Assembly (NCBI GenBank): GCA_051117555.1
Contig: JBNPEG010000245.1
Location: 1 to 23,505, forward strand
Reading direction: 5' to 3'
DNA from: Elainellaceae cyanobacterium
GTDB taxonomy: Bacteria; Cyanobacteriota; Cyanobacteriia; CAZCXK01
DNA length: 23,505 bases
The position numbers and the translations under genes were made by a program. Below are positions 1 to 8,935 of this stretch, piece by piece. The notes beneath the pieces are model-generated. The model was not told the origin of the DNA. It searched no databases and worked only from the letters and a program-made list of their open reading frames with translations. Positions within the stretch are counted from its first letter, which is position 1. Each line of letters begins with the position of its first letter.

Positions 1-9
1 AAACACATA

Positions 10-67
10 CCCTCTTTTTAAGGGGGCTATTTACAGGGTGTTGAAGTCCCCCTTTTCAAGGGGTATT
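10..67. repeat. Two degenerate cyanobacterial palindromic short dispersed repeats (CCCCCTT..AAGGGGG type)
   Basis: CCCTCTTTTTAAGGGGG at ~10-26 and CCCCCTTTTCAAGGGG at ~48-63, each a short GC-arm palindrome followed within two bases by TATTTA. Confidence 0.55.
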
Positions 68-170
68 TATACCAATTCTTCAAATTCAGACTACACATGA
101 ACGCGTCGGTAGGGGTGGTTCGCGAACCGCCCCTACGGGATCTGTAACCCTAATTTAGAGACTTGGTATA
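68..170. mobile_element. MITE-like element with ~28-bp imperfect terminal inverted repeats and a central GTAG-type REP palindrome
   Basis: Left end TATACCAATTCTTCAAATTCAGACTACA matches the reverse complement of the right end (TATACCAAGTCTCTAAATTAGGGTTACA). TA at both ends. Internal palindrome GTAGGGGTGGTTCGCGAACCGCCCCTAC at 109-136. Confidence 0.75.
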
Positions 171-446
171 AGACAGTCTGTTGCGTCATGGTGAATAGGC
201 TCTCCACACGGGTGTAGCCATTTATCCTAGCAGTATGCTGAATCCTACACCTACCTCCAATCAGCTACATCTTTCTTTAAAGAACGTCAATGCGGCGAAG
301 ATACGTTCAGATAGAGGAGATGCGATCGCCATACAATCCCCTACTCATCAAGAGCGATCGCTCCAGCCAGTACAATAACCCTTAATTTCAAATCCCTTAA
401 TTTCCAACTCTCACAGGCATGCATTTCACTGATTTCGCATGTCATT

Positions 447-526
447 TTGCGTCAGGTACAGAAATGGTGGTGTGGGGCGCGGCGCATCCCACACCACCGT
501 GCTTAACTTAAGCGCACACTGCTATA
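447..526. mobile_element. Degenerate copy of the TATAGC...GCTATA MITE-like repeat also found at 15321-15410
   Basis: TTGCGTCAGGTACAGAAATGGTGGTGTGGGGCGC..CCCACACCACCGTGCTTAAC..GCTATA aligns with 15336-15410. Central GGTGGTGTGGG/CCCACACCACC hairpin. Left TIR eroded. Confidence 0.7.
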
Positions 527-546
527 AAAAACCAGGAATTATACTT

Positions 547-681
547 ATGAGCAATCAAACGAATCCTAAAAAGCGCACCCGCGACCCCAATCTAGTCACC
601 ATCGATCCGGTTACGGTGGTGGTGATAATCACGGCATTATTGCTCGTGCCGCTCATTGTGACGGGATTTATTAGCCAATAG
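547..681 (+). CDS. Small (44 aa) single-TM hypothetical membrane protein
   Basis: MSNQTNPKKRTRDPNLVTIDPVTVVVIITALLLVPLIVTGFISQ has a basic N-terminus and a hydrophobic C-terminal helix. AGGA 10-13 nt upstream of ATG 547. The ORF-track extension to 439 runs through a repeat element. Confidence 0.7.
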   Translation: MSNQTNPKKRTRDPNLVTIDPVTVVVIITALLLVPLIVTGFISQ

Positions 682-795
682 GCGATCGCAATTTGTTGTG
701 GTTATGCAACGGGCGATCGCCCAACCGATTGAACTGACATTCAATCTAGAGAGCGATCGAGAGAAACTAGAGAAGGCAACAAACCAAGAGACGTT

Positions 796-2685
796 CTAAT
801 CGCGTCTGAGACGTTTTCGCATCTCGCGCTGAAGTTCGCGGGCATCTTTATAATCAGGTCGAATCTCTAAGGCGCGATTCACCGAGTCAAGCGCTTCATC
901 AAAGTCTTGTAAACTCCATAATGCTGCGCCACGATTGTTCCATGCTTCTGCAAGCTGCGGATTGAGATTGAGCGCCCGATCAAATGATTCTAGGGCGTCC
1001 CCCGGACGATCGATGCTTAAAAGTGCGGTTCCCTTATTATTCCAGGCATGGGCAAAGTCAGGTCTGAGGGCAATCAGCTGATCATAGACGCCCAGCGCAT
1101 CGTCATACCGCTGAAGCTGTTCGAGGGCGTGCCCTTTGCTCCAGAGCGCCTGAGCATTGCTTGGGTCGAGAGCAAGTGCCTGATTGCACGCTTGCAAGGC
1201 TGGTTCTGGCTGTTGTAGCTTATTTAGGCTATAGCATCGTCCCCAATACGCATCTGGAATATCAGGATTTTGAGAAATAACTTGGTCATAGAGCGCGATC
1301 GCCTGTTGATACTCTTCCGCTTCGCGCAGGCGATCGGCTTGGTTGAGAGTGGTTTGATTGACACTCAACGGTGATTCTGAAGCGCCCTCACCAGATGGGT
1401 CGGAGGCACCTTCCGGAGATTCTAGCGCTGGGTTGGCAGTGGTCTGATCAGGTGCAGGATCTTGAGCGGGTTTTGGCGTCAACCGGACTGCTGCGACTCC
1501 TATCACTACCGCAAGTCCGGCGATCGCAACGGCCAAGACGGGCATCGGAGATCGGGTGAGGTCGCGAATGTCAAATGTCCCAGTCTGCGTGACTTGATAG
1601 GGCTTTGCTGCTACATAGGTCGGGCTAGAACTGCGTGCCGAATTCGCTGACGAAACGGGCGATCGCTCATTTTGAACCTGATAATCTGGCGTCGCTCTAT
1701 GGATTGACCCAGCAGCCCCCCCCGACGGATGTGAATCTGGGAGAGACGTCGGAGGAAAGATCGTCGAGGCATTTGATGAAGAGTCTACGTGCTGTTCGGT
1801 GATGTCGAGTTCACCGATAAGGCTTTCTGGCAAGTTTTGTAATGCACGCAGGGCTTCAACCGCAGTCGAGAAGCGATCGCGGAAATCGTAGCGCACCATA
1901 TGGTCAAGCAAATCTGCGAGTTCGGTATTAACCTGGGGAACTCGATGTCGCCAAATAATCTCACTCGTTCGCGGGTCGGATTCTAGAAAGCGAGGATGGA
2001 CTCCTGTCAGTGCCTGAATGCCAATCATGCCAACGGCATAGATATCGCTGCTAAAGTGAGGCTTGCCTCCCAACTGCTCGTTTGGCATATAGCCTTGCGT
2101 ACCGATAGAAATCGTTTTTGTGCTCCCCGTACTGGCATCAAAAACCTGCGTGCTGACCTGCTTGACGGCTCCAAAATCGATTAAGACAATTTTTCTATCG
2201 TGGTGGCGACGAATCAAATTAGACGGCTTGATGTCGCGATGAATCACCTGTCGCTGATGAACAAACGACAAGACTTCCAACAAGTCTTGCAACATCACCA
2301 CTACTTTAATGTCAGGCCAGGGGGTGCCCAATTCCAGTTCTTGAGTGAGAGAATCGCCATCAATCAGTTCTTGAGCAAGATAAAACTCTCGATCTTCTTC
2401 AAAGTGGGCAAGCAGCCGAGGAATTTGATAATGATTGCCGAGTTCATAGAGCACTCTGGCTTCTGTATCAAACAATCGCCGTGCCGTTTGAAAGCTAGCA
2501 GCATCGCTAACTTGCGGCTTAAGCTGCTTGATGACGCATTGAGGCTGCCCCGGCAAATGCAGATCAATCGCTAAAAAGGTTTGCCCAAAGCCACCGGAGC
2601 CGAGTTGTCGGATAATCTTGTAGTGACCCGCTAACGGTTTTTGAGGAACTGTAAGCTTAAATAAACGCAAAGGGTTTAATCCCAT
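796..2685 (-). CDS. Hanks-type Ser/Thr protein kinase with TM helix and C-terminal TPR repeats
   Basis: Motifs LGSGGFGQTF, CVIKQL, IHRDIKPSN, LIDFGAVK, GTQGYMPNEQ and SDIYAVG. TM segment VLAVAIAGLAVVIGVAAV. About five TPRs (AYWGRCYSL, ALWSKGHAL, AWNNKGTAL, AWNNRGAAL). Confidence 0.96.
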   Translation of the reverse strand: MGLNPLRLFKLTVPQKPLAGHYKIIRQLGSGGFGQTFLAIDLHLPGQPQCVIKQLKPQVSDAASFQTARRLFDTEARVLYELGNHYQIPRLLAHFEEDREFYLAQELIDGDSLTQELELGTPWPDIKVVVMLQDLLEVLSFVHQRQVIHRDIKPSNLIRRHHDRKIVLIDFGAVKQVSTQVFDASTGSTKTISIGTQGYMPNEQLGGKPHFSSDIYAVGMIGIQALTGVHPRFLESDPRTSEIIWRHRVPQVNTELADLLDHMVRYDFRDRFSTAVEALRALQNLPESLIGELDITEQHVDSSSNASTIFPPTSLPDSHPSGGAAGSIHRATPDYQVQNERSPVSSANSARSSSPTYVAAKPYQVTQTGTFDIRDLTRSPMPVLAVAIAGLAVVIGVAAVRLTPKPAQDPAPDQTTANPALESPEGASDPSGEGASESPLSVNQTTLNQADRLREAEEYQQAIALYDQVISQNPDIPDAYWGRCYSLNKLQQPEPALQACNQALALDPSNAQALWSKGHALEQLQRYDDALGVYDQLIALRPDFAHAWNNKGTALLSIDRPGDALESFDRALNLNPQLAEAWNNRGAALWSLQDFDEALDSVNRALEIRPDYKDARELQREMRKRLRRD

Positions 2686-3033
2686 ACTGATTTCCCGGTA
2701 GCAGGAACACGAGAGGGTAATAAAGAATCAACGAAGACTCGATGATGATGAGCTAGCAACCAAGAATACAGGATCAAAAGAGAATCTAAAAAAAGAGGTA
2801 AACAGTCCACCGGTTTAGGCAATACTACCCACTCATTAATACTCGACAACGCGGACAGATTGGGATTTTATCTTGGAAAATCTTATTGATTTACCAAATC
2901 TTCTAAAAGACATTAAGCGCTTACCCTTAATCCTCCCGACTTAAACGATGTCAAATGCGAGTTTAAGGTTTCATGTCTCACTAATTTAAGCCCCAAGGAA
3001 GGGCTTACGATAATTTTTATTCTGGTTGTGTTC

Positions 3034-3600
3034 ATGTCTATGTCTACCGATCCGCTTTATGTGCAGCTAACGTGGGAAGACCCTATCACGGGGAAGGTGC
3101 AACGTCCTGTGTTGATACCTCCGATCGCCATCGGTCGAGACACTGAACAAATGCCCGAAAAAGTAGGCGATCGCACCGTATCACGGCTGACGTTAGAACA
3201 CCGCCAAGTGTCTCGATTCCATGCATCGATTACGTTAGTTAACTATCAGCTTTATGTCACCGACCGCAGCGCGAATGGTACATTTCTCAACGGGCAACTT
3301 TTGCGCCAAGGGAGCCAACCTTTTTCGGGAAAAGATACCCTGCGCATTGGGCCATATAAAATTACAGCAAGCCTAGTGCAAGGACGCGATCTCGACAATG
3401 CCACCGAGCTGACGGTTCATGACCAAGGGAATGTGTCTAACCGAAGCGAACTTCCCCATCGCAACACACTATTGGTATGGCTGGTCGGAGCGGGTGTCAT
3501 GCTAATGATGGCGGTTGGGGCGTGGTGGCTGGTCAGTGACGTCCTGACGCGATCGCGCCCTCGTGTCCCCGATGCCGAGTCTAAGATCCAAAATCCCTAA
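3034..3600 (+). CDS. FHA domain-containing protein with C-terminal TM anchor
   Basis: FHA motifs IAIGR, VSRFHASI, VTDRSANGTFLNG and DTLRIGPY. TM LLVWLVGAGVMLMMAVGAWWLV. Start could be 3028, 3034 or 3040. Confidence 0.92.
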   Translation: MSMSTDPLYVQLTWEDPITGKVQRPVLIPPIAIGRDTEQMPEKVGDRTVSRLTLEHRQVSRFHASITLVNYQLYVTDRSANGTFLNGQLLRQGSQPFSGKDTLRIGPYKITASLVQGRDLDNATELTVHDQGNVSNRSELPHRNTLLVWLVGAGVMLMMAVGAWWLVSDVLTRSRPRVPDAESKIQNP

Positions 3601-3726
3601 ATCCAGCAATGCTTGCCAAAACGGGAGCCTTCGCCAACGGCTCACGTCATTAAAGGACAGGATGCATCTCCCCACATGGGGGTCGTCCTCTGCATGTCTG
3701 CGTTCACCTCTCCGTTCGGGGTATTC

Positions 3727-5790
3727 ATGAATGAGTTGATTCTAATCATACAGGGGGCATGGCGATCGCTCGTTAAATTCATTGACGTGAGCCATATCGA
3801 GCGACACAGTGCGCGATCGGTACCATTGCACCAGACGGTTTGTCGCGCATATCGCCGCTGGGGAAAATGGCTGATTCTCGCAGCACTATCGATGCTATTG
3901 CTGATATCGGCGGCTCCGAGTCATGCTCAATCCTCCACAGAATCCTATACGAGTAAAGCTCCAATAATTGTTGATGGGCAAGAGGTTTTTCAGATTAGGA
4001 GCTTTGGCAGGCTAACTGCAAAAGAACGCGCCGACATCATCAATCAAGCCCTTCAGCAAGAGGTTGAATCTACAGAACCGATCGAGCTTCAGGTTGTTCC
4101 TGAAAAGCGAATTGCGATTATTCGCAGTCAAGCCACTCGGACTGATTTGGTTACGGTCACGCAAGACGATTTGGCGGGCAATTCAAACCCGTACGGGCAA
4201 GCGCTGACGTGGCGGCGGCAGCTCGAAGCAGCCCTCCAGCAAGCCCAGTTTGAGCGAAGTATAGGCTATATTCGCCAGGCGATTGGGCTGAGCCTTGCCG
4301 CCATTATTGGGGCGATCGCCATTCATCTGGGGCTCCGCACCCTTGGGCGAGTCGTGATCCGACGGTTGAGCCCGTGGTTGAACCATCCCACATCACCCCT
4401 GCATCCGTGGGAGCAGTCTGCCAAATTGCTGATTAAACTTGCAATTTTGGGCATTCAAGCCGGACTGTGGGGAGCTGTCGCCTTTTACATTACCGATCTC
4501 TTTCCACATATTCGCGGCTGGCGCAATCAGCTATTTAGCTCTCTCAACGCCCAAGTCATCACGTTGGGCTCACGGAACTATTCTGCCCTGAGTCTGTTGC
4601 TCATGCTGGCATCCGTCGTGGGCTTGTGGTTTGCGGTCAGTGGGATCACTCGACTCGTGAAGCTCTATGTGCTCCGAGGAACTGGGGTCGAACGGCGAGT
4701 GCAAGATGTGATCTCGATTCTGACCCAATATGTCTTGACCTTTTTAGGACTGATTGTTCTCTTTCAGCTTTGGGGCATTGACGTCAGCTCTCTGGCAATT
4801 CTGGCAAGCGTCTTGGGGGTTGGGATTGGTTTTGGTGTGCAAAATATCACCAATAATCTCATCAGCGGTCTAATCATCACCCTAGAACGCCCGATTCAAA
4901 TTGGAGACTTTGTCCAAGTAGGAGAGCTCGTCGGCGTAGTTGAGCATATTGGCGCTCGCAGCACCCATGTGTGTACGCTCGATCAGGTGACCATTCTGGT
5001 TCCCAATTCTCGGTTCCTAGAAAACGAAGTCGTCAACTGGAGCCATGGCAACCCGGTGTCACGACTGCACATCCCGGTCGGCGTTGCCTATGGCTCTGAT
5101 GTAGAAACGGTGCAACGTGCGTTGCTCGAAGCGGCGAAAAATCATCCTGAAGTGTTGATTAAGCCGCCGCCAGAAGTTTGGTTCCAAGGGTTTGGCGACA
5201 GTTCGCTCGATTTTGATCTGCTCGTCTGGACGGGAGAACCCAAGAAGCAGTTCAAAGTGAAGAGTGACTTATACTATTGCATTGAGGCAAGCTTGCGACA
5301 TTACAAGATTGAGATTCCATTCCCCCAGCGAGATTTGCACGTGCGATCGCCCCATCTAGAGCAGTTCATCTCAGCAATGGGGGATTACACGGCGATTCGA
5401 TCTCAGTTGAGCTTGCCCAATGGGTCATCTTCTAGCATGAACCATACCAACTTGCCTGCGGGAGTGTTTGCGTCTGAGTCTTCCCTGGCGACCGTTCCGC
5501 GCCTCAAAGAGGAGATTGACTCTACCAATCTAGAAGCGATCGCCACCGAATTGAGAAAACCGGATGGGCTCAATATCCAAGACCGGCGCTATCGAGGCAA
5601 TCTCTATCCCGCCTGCTTCACCGGATCAGACCTTGTAGAATGGCTCGTACAAAATCGCCACGTCAGCCGAGACGACGCGATTTTGATTGGGCAACGGTTG
5701 GTGGATCATCGCATCATTCACCACGTGTTAGATGATGCACCGTTCCAAGATGGCTACGTGTTTTATCGGTTTTATCACGATGATGCTTGA
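3727..5790 (+). CDS. Mechanosensitive ion channel (MscS family) with N-terminal periplasmic domain and C-terminal DEP domain
   Basis: MscS core GVGIGFGVQNITNNLISG, ERPIQIGDFV, VPNSRFLENEVVNWS, VGVAYGSD and EIPFPQRDLH. Signal-like KWLILAALSMLLLISAAPSHA. C-terminal RRYRGNLYPACFTGSDLVEWL...FQDGYVFYRF fits a DEP domain. Start uncertain (3613 TTG, 3727 ATG or later). Confidence 0.93.
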   Translation: MNELILIIQGAWRSLVKFIDVSHIERHSARSVPLHQTVCRAYRRWGKWLILAALSMLLLISAAPSHAQSSTESYTSKAPIIVDGQEVFQIRSFGRLTAKERADIINQALQQEVESTEPIELQVVPEKRIAIIRSQATRTDLVTVTQDDLAGNSNPYGQALTWRRQLEAALQQAQFERSIGYIRQAIGLSLAAIIGAIAIHLGLRTLGRVVIRRLSPWLNHPTSPLHPWEQSAKLLIKLAILGIQAGLWGAVAFYITDLFPHIRGWRNQLFSSLNAQVITLGSRNYSALSLLLMLASVVGLWFAVSGITRLVKLYVLRGTGVERRVQDVISILTQYVLTFLGLIVLFQLWGIDVSSLAILASVLGVGIGFGVQNITNNLISGLIITLERPIQIGDFVQVGELVGVVEHIGARSTHVCTLDQVTILVPNSRFLENEVVNWSHGNPVSRLHIPVGVAYGSDVETVQRALLEAAKNHPEVLIKPPPEVWFQGFGDSSLDFDLLVWTGEPKKQFKVKSDLYYCIEASLRHYKIEIPFPQRDLHVRSPHLEQFISAMGDYTAIRSQLSLPNGSSSSMNHTNLPAGVFASESSLATVPRLKEEIDSTNLEAIATELRKPDGLNIQDRRYRGNLYPACFTGSDLVEWLVQNRHVSRDDAILIGQRLVDHRIIHHVLDDAPFQDGYVFYRFYHDDA

Positions 5791-5812
5791 TGTTGTTCTC
5801 TAACTTTTTAAC

Positions 5813-6910
5813 GTGCCGCTCATGCCCTCACCTATTTTGTATGTCGCCATTACCAACCATGGATTTGGTCATGCTACGCGCACTGCCTCGGTTGTGGCAG
5901 AGATTCAAACCCGTTGTCCGGATGTGGTGGTGATTATAGCCACGTCCGCACCTCGCTGGCTGCTAGAGTCTTATATTCAGGGCGATTTTATTCATCGTCC
6001 ACGTGCGTTTGATGTCGGTATCATTCAAAGCGACAGCATCACGATGGATCGCGCTGCGACGTTAGAAAAACTCCAGCAGATTCGCGCCGATCAGCGAGCC
6101 ATAATTGCCAGTGAGGCAGGCTTCCTTCGCCAAAATCGAGTCAGTTTGGTTCTGGCCGATATTCCTCCCCTGGCTGCTCCCATTGCTCACGCTGCCGATG
6201 TGCCCTGCTGGATGGTGAGCAACTTTGGCTGGGATTTGATTTACCGAAATTGGGGAGGAGACTTTATCGACATTGCCGACTGGATTGTCGATTGTTTTAA
6301 CCAGTGCGATCGCCTGTTTCGCCTTCCCTTTCATGAACCGATGAGCGCATTTTCGACGATTACTGACGTCGGGTTAACGGGCGGCTCGCCTCACTCCAGC
6401 TCTGAAACATTACGCGCCGAATTTGGTATCACTACGCCTCCCGAACACACTATCTTATTGACGTTTGGGGGGTTAGGGCTTGCCCAAATTCCCTACGCGG
6501 GATTAGCGCAATTCCCCGATTGGCAATTTCTCACCTTTGACCAAAACGCTCCTGAGTTGCCCAATCTGATCAAGATTACCGACCGTCGATATCGCCCCGT
6601 TGATCTGATGCCGCTGTGTGGGCGAGTGGTGTCGAAGCCCGGGTACAGCACATTTGCCGAAGCCTGTCGGGTCGGAGTGCCGATCGTTTCCCTCACTCGC
6701 CGTGATTTTGCAGAGGCCGCGTTCCTTCTCGCAGGAATCGAGCGTCATGTCTATCATCAGATATTAGAACCCCATGAATTTTTTGAAGGCAATTGGGCAT
6801 TTTTGCACGACTCGCCGCGATCGCCCCACTCTTCAACTCCGCTGGCCATCGACGGCAACGAAACAATTGCTCATGCAGTCGTTGACTTCCTTCAATCGGT
6901 GGGTACTTAG
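5813..6910 (+). CDS. GT-B glycosyltransferase-like protein (similar to the N-terminal domain of plant L-arabinokinase)
   Basis: Motifs YVAITNHGFGHATR, FDVGIIQSDS, LVLADIPPLA, SNFGWD, LLTFGGLG and VVSKPGYSTFAEA. ATG 5822 is an alternative start. Confidence 0.85.
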   Translation: MPLMPSPILYVAITNHGFGHATRTASVVAEIQTRCPDVVVIIATSAPRWLLESYIQGDFIHRPRAFDVGIIQSDSITMDRAATLEKLQQIRADQRAIIASEAGFLRQNRVSLVLADIPPLAAPIAHAADVPCWMVSNFGWDLIYRNWGGDFIDIADWIVDCFNQCDRLFRLPFHEPMSAFSTITDVGLTGGSPHSSSETLRAEFGITTPPEHTILLTFGGLGLAQIPYAGLAQFPDWQFLTFDQNAPELPNLIKITDRRYRPVDLMPLCGRVVSKPGYSTFAEACRVGVPIVSLTRRDFAEAAFLLAGIERHVYHQILEPHEFFEGNWAFLHDSPRSPHSSTPLAIDGNETIAHAVVDFLQSVGT

Positions 6911-8157
6911 GGATTTTCTTGAGGGTCATCGGTTTCATCGTCGGACTGATTGGAATCCTCGCTAGCATCAGTGATTCCCTCACGACCTGCTGAGCCACTC
7001 CCTTCGCTAGACGGATGATGGGGTGGAATAATCACCCGTGGCAGCTCGGATTCTTCATCGTCAGACTCCTCAGACTCCTCAGACTGGTAGATATTTTCAG
7101 GTTTGCCCGCCCCCGTATCTTGGGAGCGACGATAGCTATAGGAATAGATCGTCCCGGACTGGGATCGCACCGTCGGTTCTCGGGTCACCTCAGTAATCTG
7201 GCGATCGCGCAGGTCTGCGTCGTCATCGCGATCATCGACCTCATCGTGCTCATCCTCCCAATCGTCTACCAAGTCATCTAAATCGTCGTCATAATCCCTG
7301 GTGTCATAGTTCTGGTCGTCATATTCTCGGTCGTCATAATCTCTGGTGTCATAGTCCTCCTCTTCATCTTCCTCCTCATCTAGATTTGAGCTGTCGTAAT
7401 AATACGAATATTCATTCTCCTCAGCATAGGATTGTGAGTCATCCTCATCTGATTCGCCATCAGAGGCTTCATATCCCCGCCAATTTGACCAAATAGAACG
7501 ATTGCGATCGCGCACCTCAGTATCACTATCGGTCTCGGCATATCGATCGACAGGCTCAACATCTACCGGATCTACATCAATGGGTTCCACATCAATGGGT
7601 TCCGCGTCTACGACTTCATAGCCGTTCCAATCTGACCCCGATGGATTCTCATCAGCGTGATGAACAGTCTGCTGGGTATAGCTGCCACTGCTGGTTTGTG
7701 GATCGCCGCCCCAGCCGCCCCAGTCTTGGAGGGGTTGTCCGACTGTCTCCCAGTCATCCCCCGAACGCCGTTTTGCCTTTTCTGCTGATGTCGATGGAGC
7801 CGCATTCGCCGTCGTTTGGGTAGACGAATAATCTGACTGTTTATCTGAGGAGCGATCGCGCTTAGGCTGTGAGCGACTCGATGTAGACCGATACGAGGAT
7901 TGATAAGTCCGGGGCGGTCGGGGTGAGCGGGGTTGGCGGCTATAGGACGAGCCGCTAGAAATTTGAGCCAATCCTGCAACGATTAGAGTGGTGATGATAC
8001 CGGCGGCGATCGCCCCAATCAGCCAAATGCCCAATGGCAATGCCTGGGTTTGACTGCCCAAAATCACCAAGGACACCATCGGAGACCAATTTTCAACGGC
8101 AAAGACAGCCAGTGCTCCGACAATGATTAGGAGTAATACCAACCGTTGGATTGACAT
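6907..8157 (-). CDS. LapA/DUF1049-like membrane protein with a long acidic disordered C-terminal tail
   Basis: Two N-terminal TM helices with an FAVENWSP..SLVILG..LPLGIW motif. D/E/Y-rich tail. C-terminal SGTIYSYSYR and PRVIIPP motifs typical of the cyanobacterial family found downstream of ubiX. Confidence 0.75.
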   Translation of the reverse strand: MSIQRLVLLLIIVGALAVFAVENWSPMVSLVILGSQTQALPLGIWLIGAIAAGIITTLIVAGLAQISSGSSYSRQPRSPRPPRTYQSSYRSTSSRSQPKRDRSSDKQSDYSSTQTTANAAPSTSAEKAKRRSGDDWETVGQPLQDWGGWGGDPQTSSGSYTQQTVHHADENPSGSDWNGYEVVDAEPIDVEPIDVDPVDVEPVDRYAETDSDTEVRDRNRSIWSNWRGYEASDGESDEDDSQSYAEENEYSYYYDSSNLDEEEDEEEDYDTRDYDDREYDDQNYDTRDYDDDLDDLVDDWEDEHDEVDDRDDDADLRDRQITEVTREPTVRSQSGTIYSYSYRRSQDTGAGKPENIYQSEESEESDDEESELPRVIIPPHHPSSEGSGSAGREGITDASEDSNQSDDETDDPQENP

Positions 8158-8245
8158 GGCTCATCCCTCACTGCAATTCACTAGCCCTCACGCTAGCGCT
8201 GAATTCCGATCGTGATTACCGTCTTTGCGGGTGGAATCCGGTGAC

Positions 8246-8881
8246 CTAGTCATGTTCCAAATGCCCTTGCCACCGCTTGAGAGGCACACAATCAATGCTG
8301 AACTGGTCAAGCGCGCGCGCCACCACAAAATCAACTAAATCTTCAATCGTCTGAGGATCGTGATACCACGCCGGGATCGCTGGAACGACGCGCACGCCCG
8401 CTTCGGCGAGCTGAGTAAGATTCTTGAGATGAATCAGGCTAAACGGCGTTTCTCTAGGGACAACCACAAGGGGACGCCCCTCCTTTAGCTGAACATCGGC
8501 TGCTCGCTCTAGCAAATCAGAACTCAACCCTGCGGCGATCTTGCCAACCGTACTCATGCTGCACGGCATAATCAACATGCCAGTAGTTCGATAGGAGCCA
8601 CTTGCAATGTTAGCTCCAACGTCTCCCCACGGATGACAATTCAGCTTTCCGCTGTGGTCTACTCCGGCTTGCTGTCGCCAAAACTGCTCTTGCTGAACGG
8701 TATCCATCGGCATCCGAGTGTTTTGCTCGGCTTGCCAAACCATGTATGTAGCCTTAGAGGCAACCAATTCAACCGTGTGGTCTGCTTCTAAAAGATATTT
8801 GATTGCCCGCACTGCATAAATCAGCCCAGACGATCCGGTGATCCCCAAAATGAGGGGAGAGTGTGTGGCAGCTAAAGACAA
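8246..8881 (-). CDS. ubiX: Flavin prenyltransferase UbiX
   Basis: Motifs LILGITGSSGLIY, ANIASGS, IMPCSMSTVGKIAAG, ERAADVQLKEGRPLVVVPRETPFS and PAIPAWYH. TTG start at 8881 or 8911. Confidence 0.95.
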   Translation of the reverse strand: MSLAATHSPLILGITGSSGLIYAVRAIKYLLEADHTVELVASKATYMVWQAEQNTRMPMDTVQQEQFWRQQAGVDHSGKLNCHPWGDVGANIASGSYRTTGMLIMPCSMSTVGKIAAGLSSDLLERAADVQLKEGRPLVVVPRETPFSLIHLKNLTQLAEAGVRVVPAIPAWYHDPQTIEDLVDFVVARALDQFSIDCVPLKRWQGHLEHD

Positions 8882-8935
8882 GAGTGAAGACCCGCAAACG
8901 ATACAATTCAATAGGCCCCGCGTGAGGACACTATG

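Noticed and set aside
439..546. N-terminal extension of the 80-aa ORF
   Set aside because: It translates a MITE-like repeat. The RBS and composition favour ATG 547.
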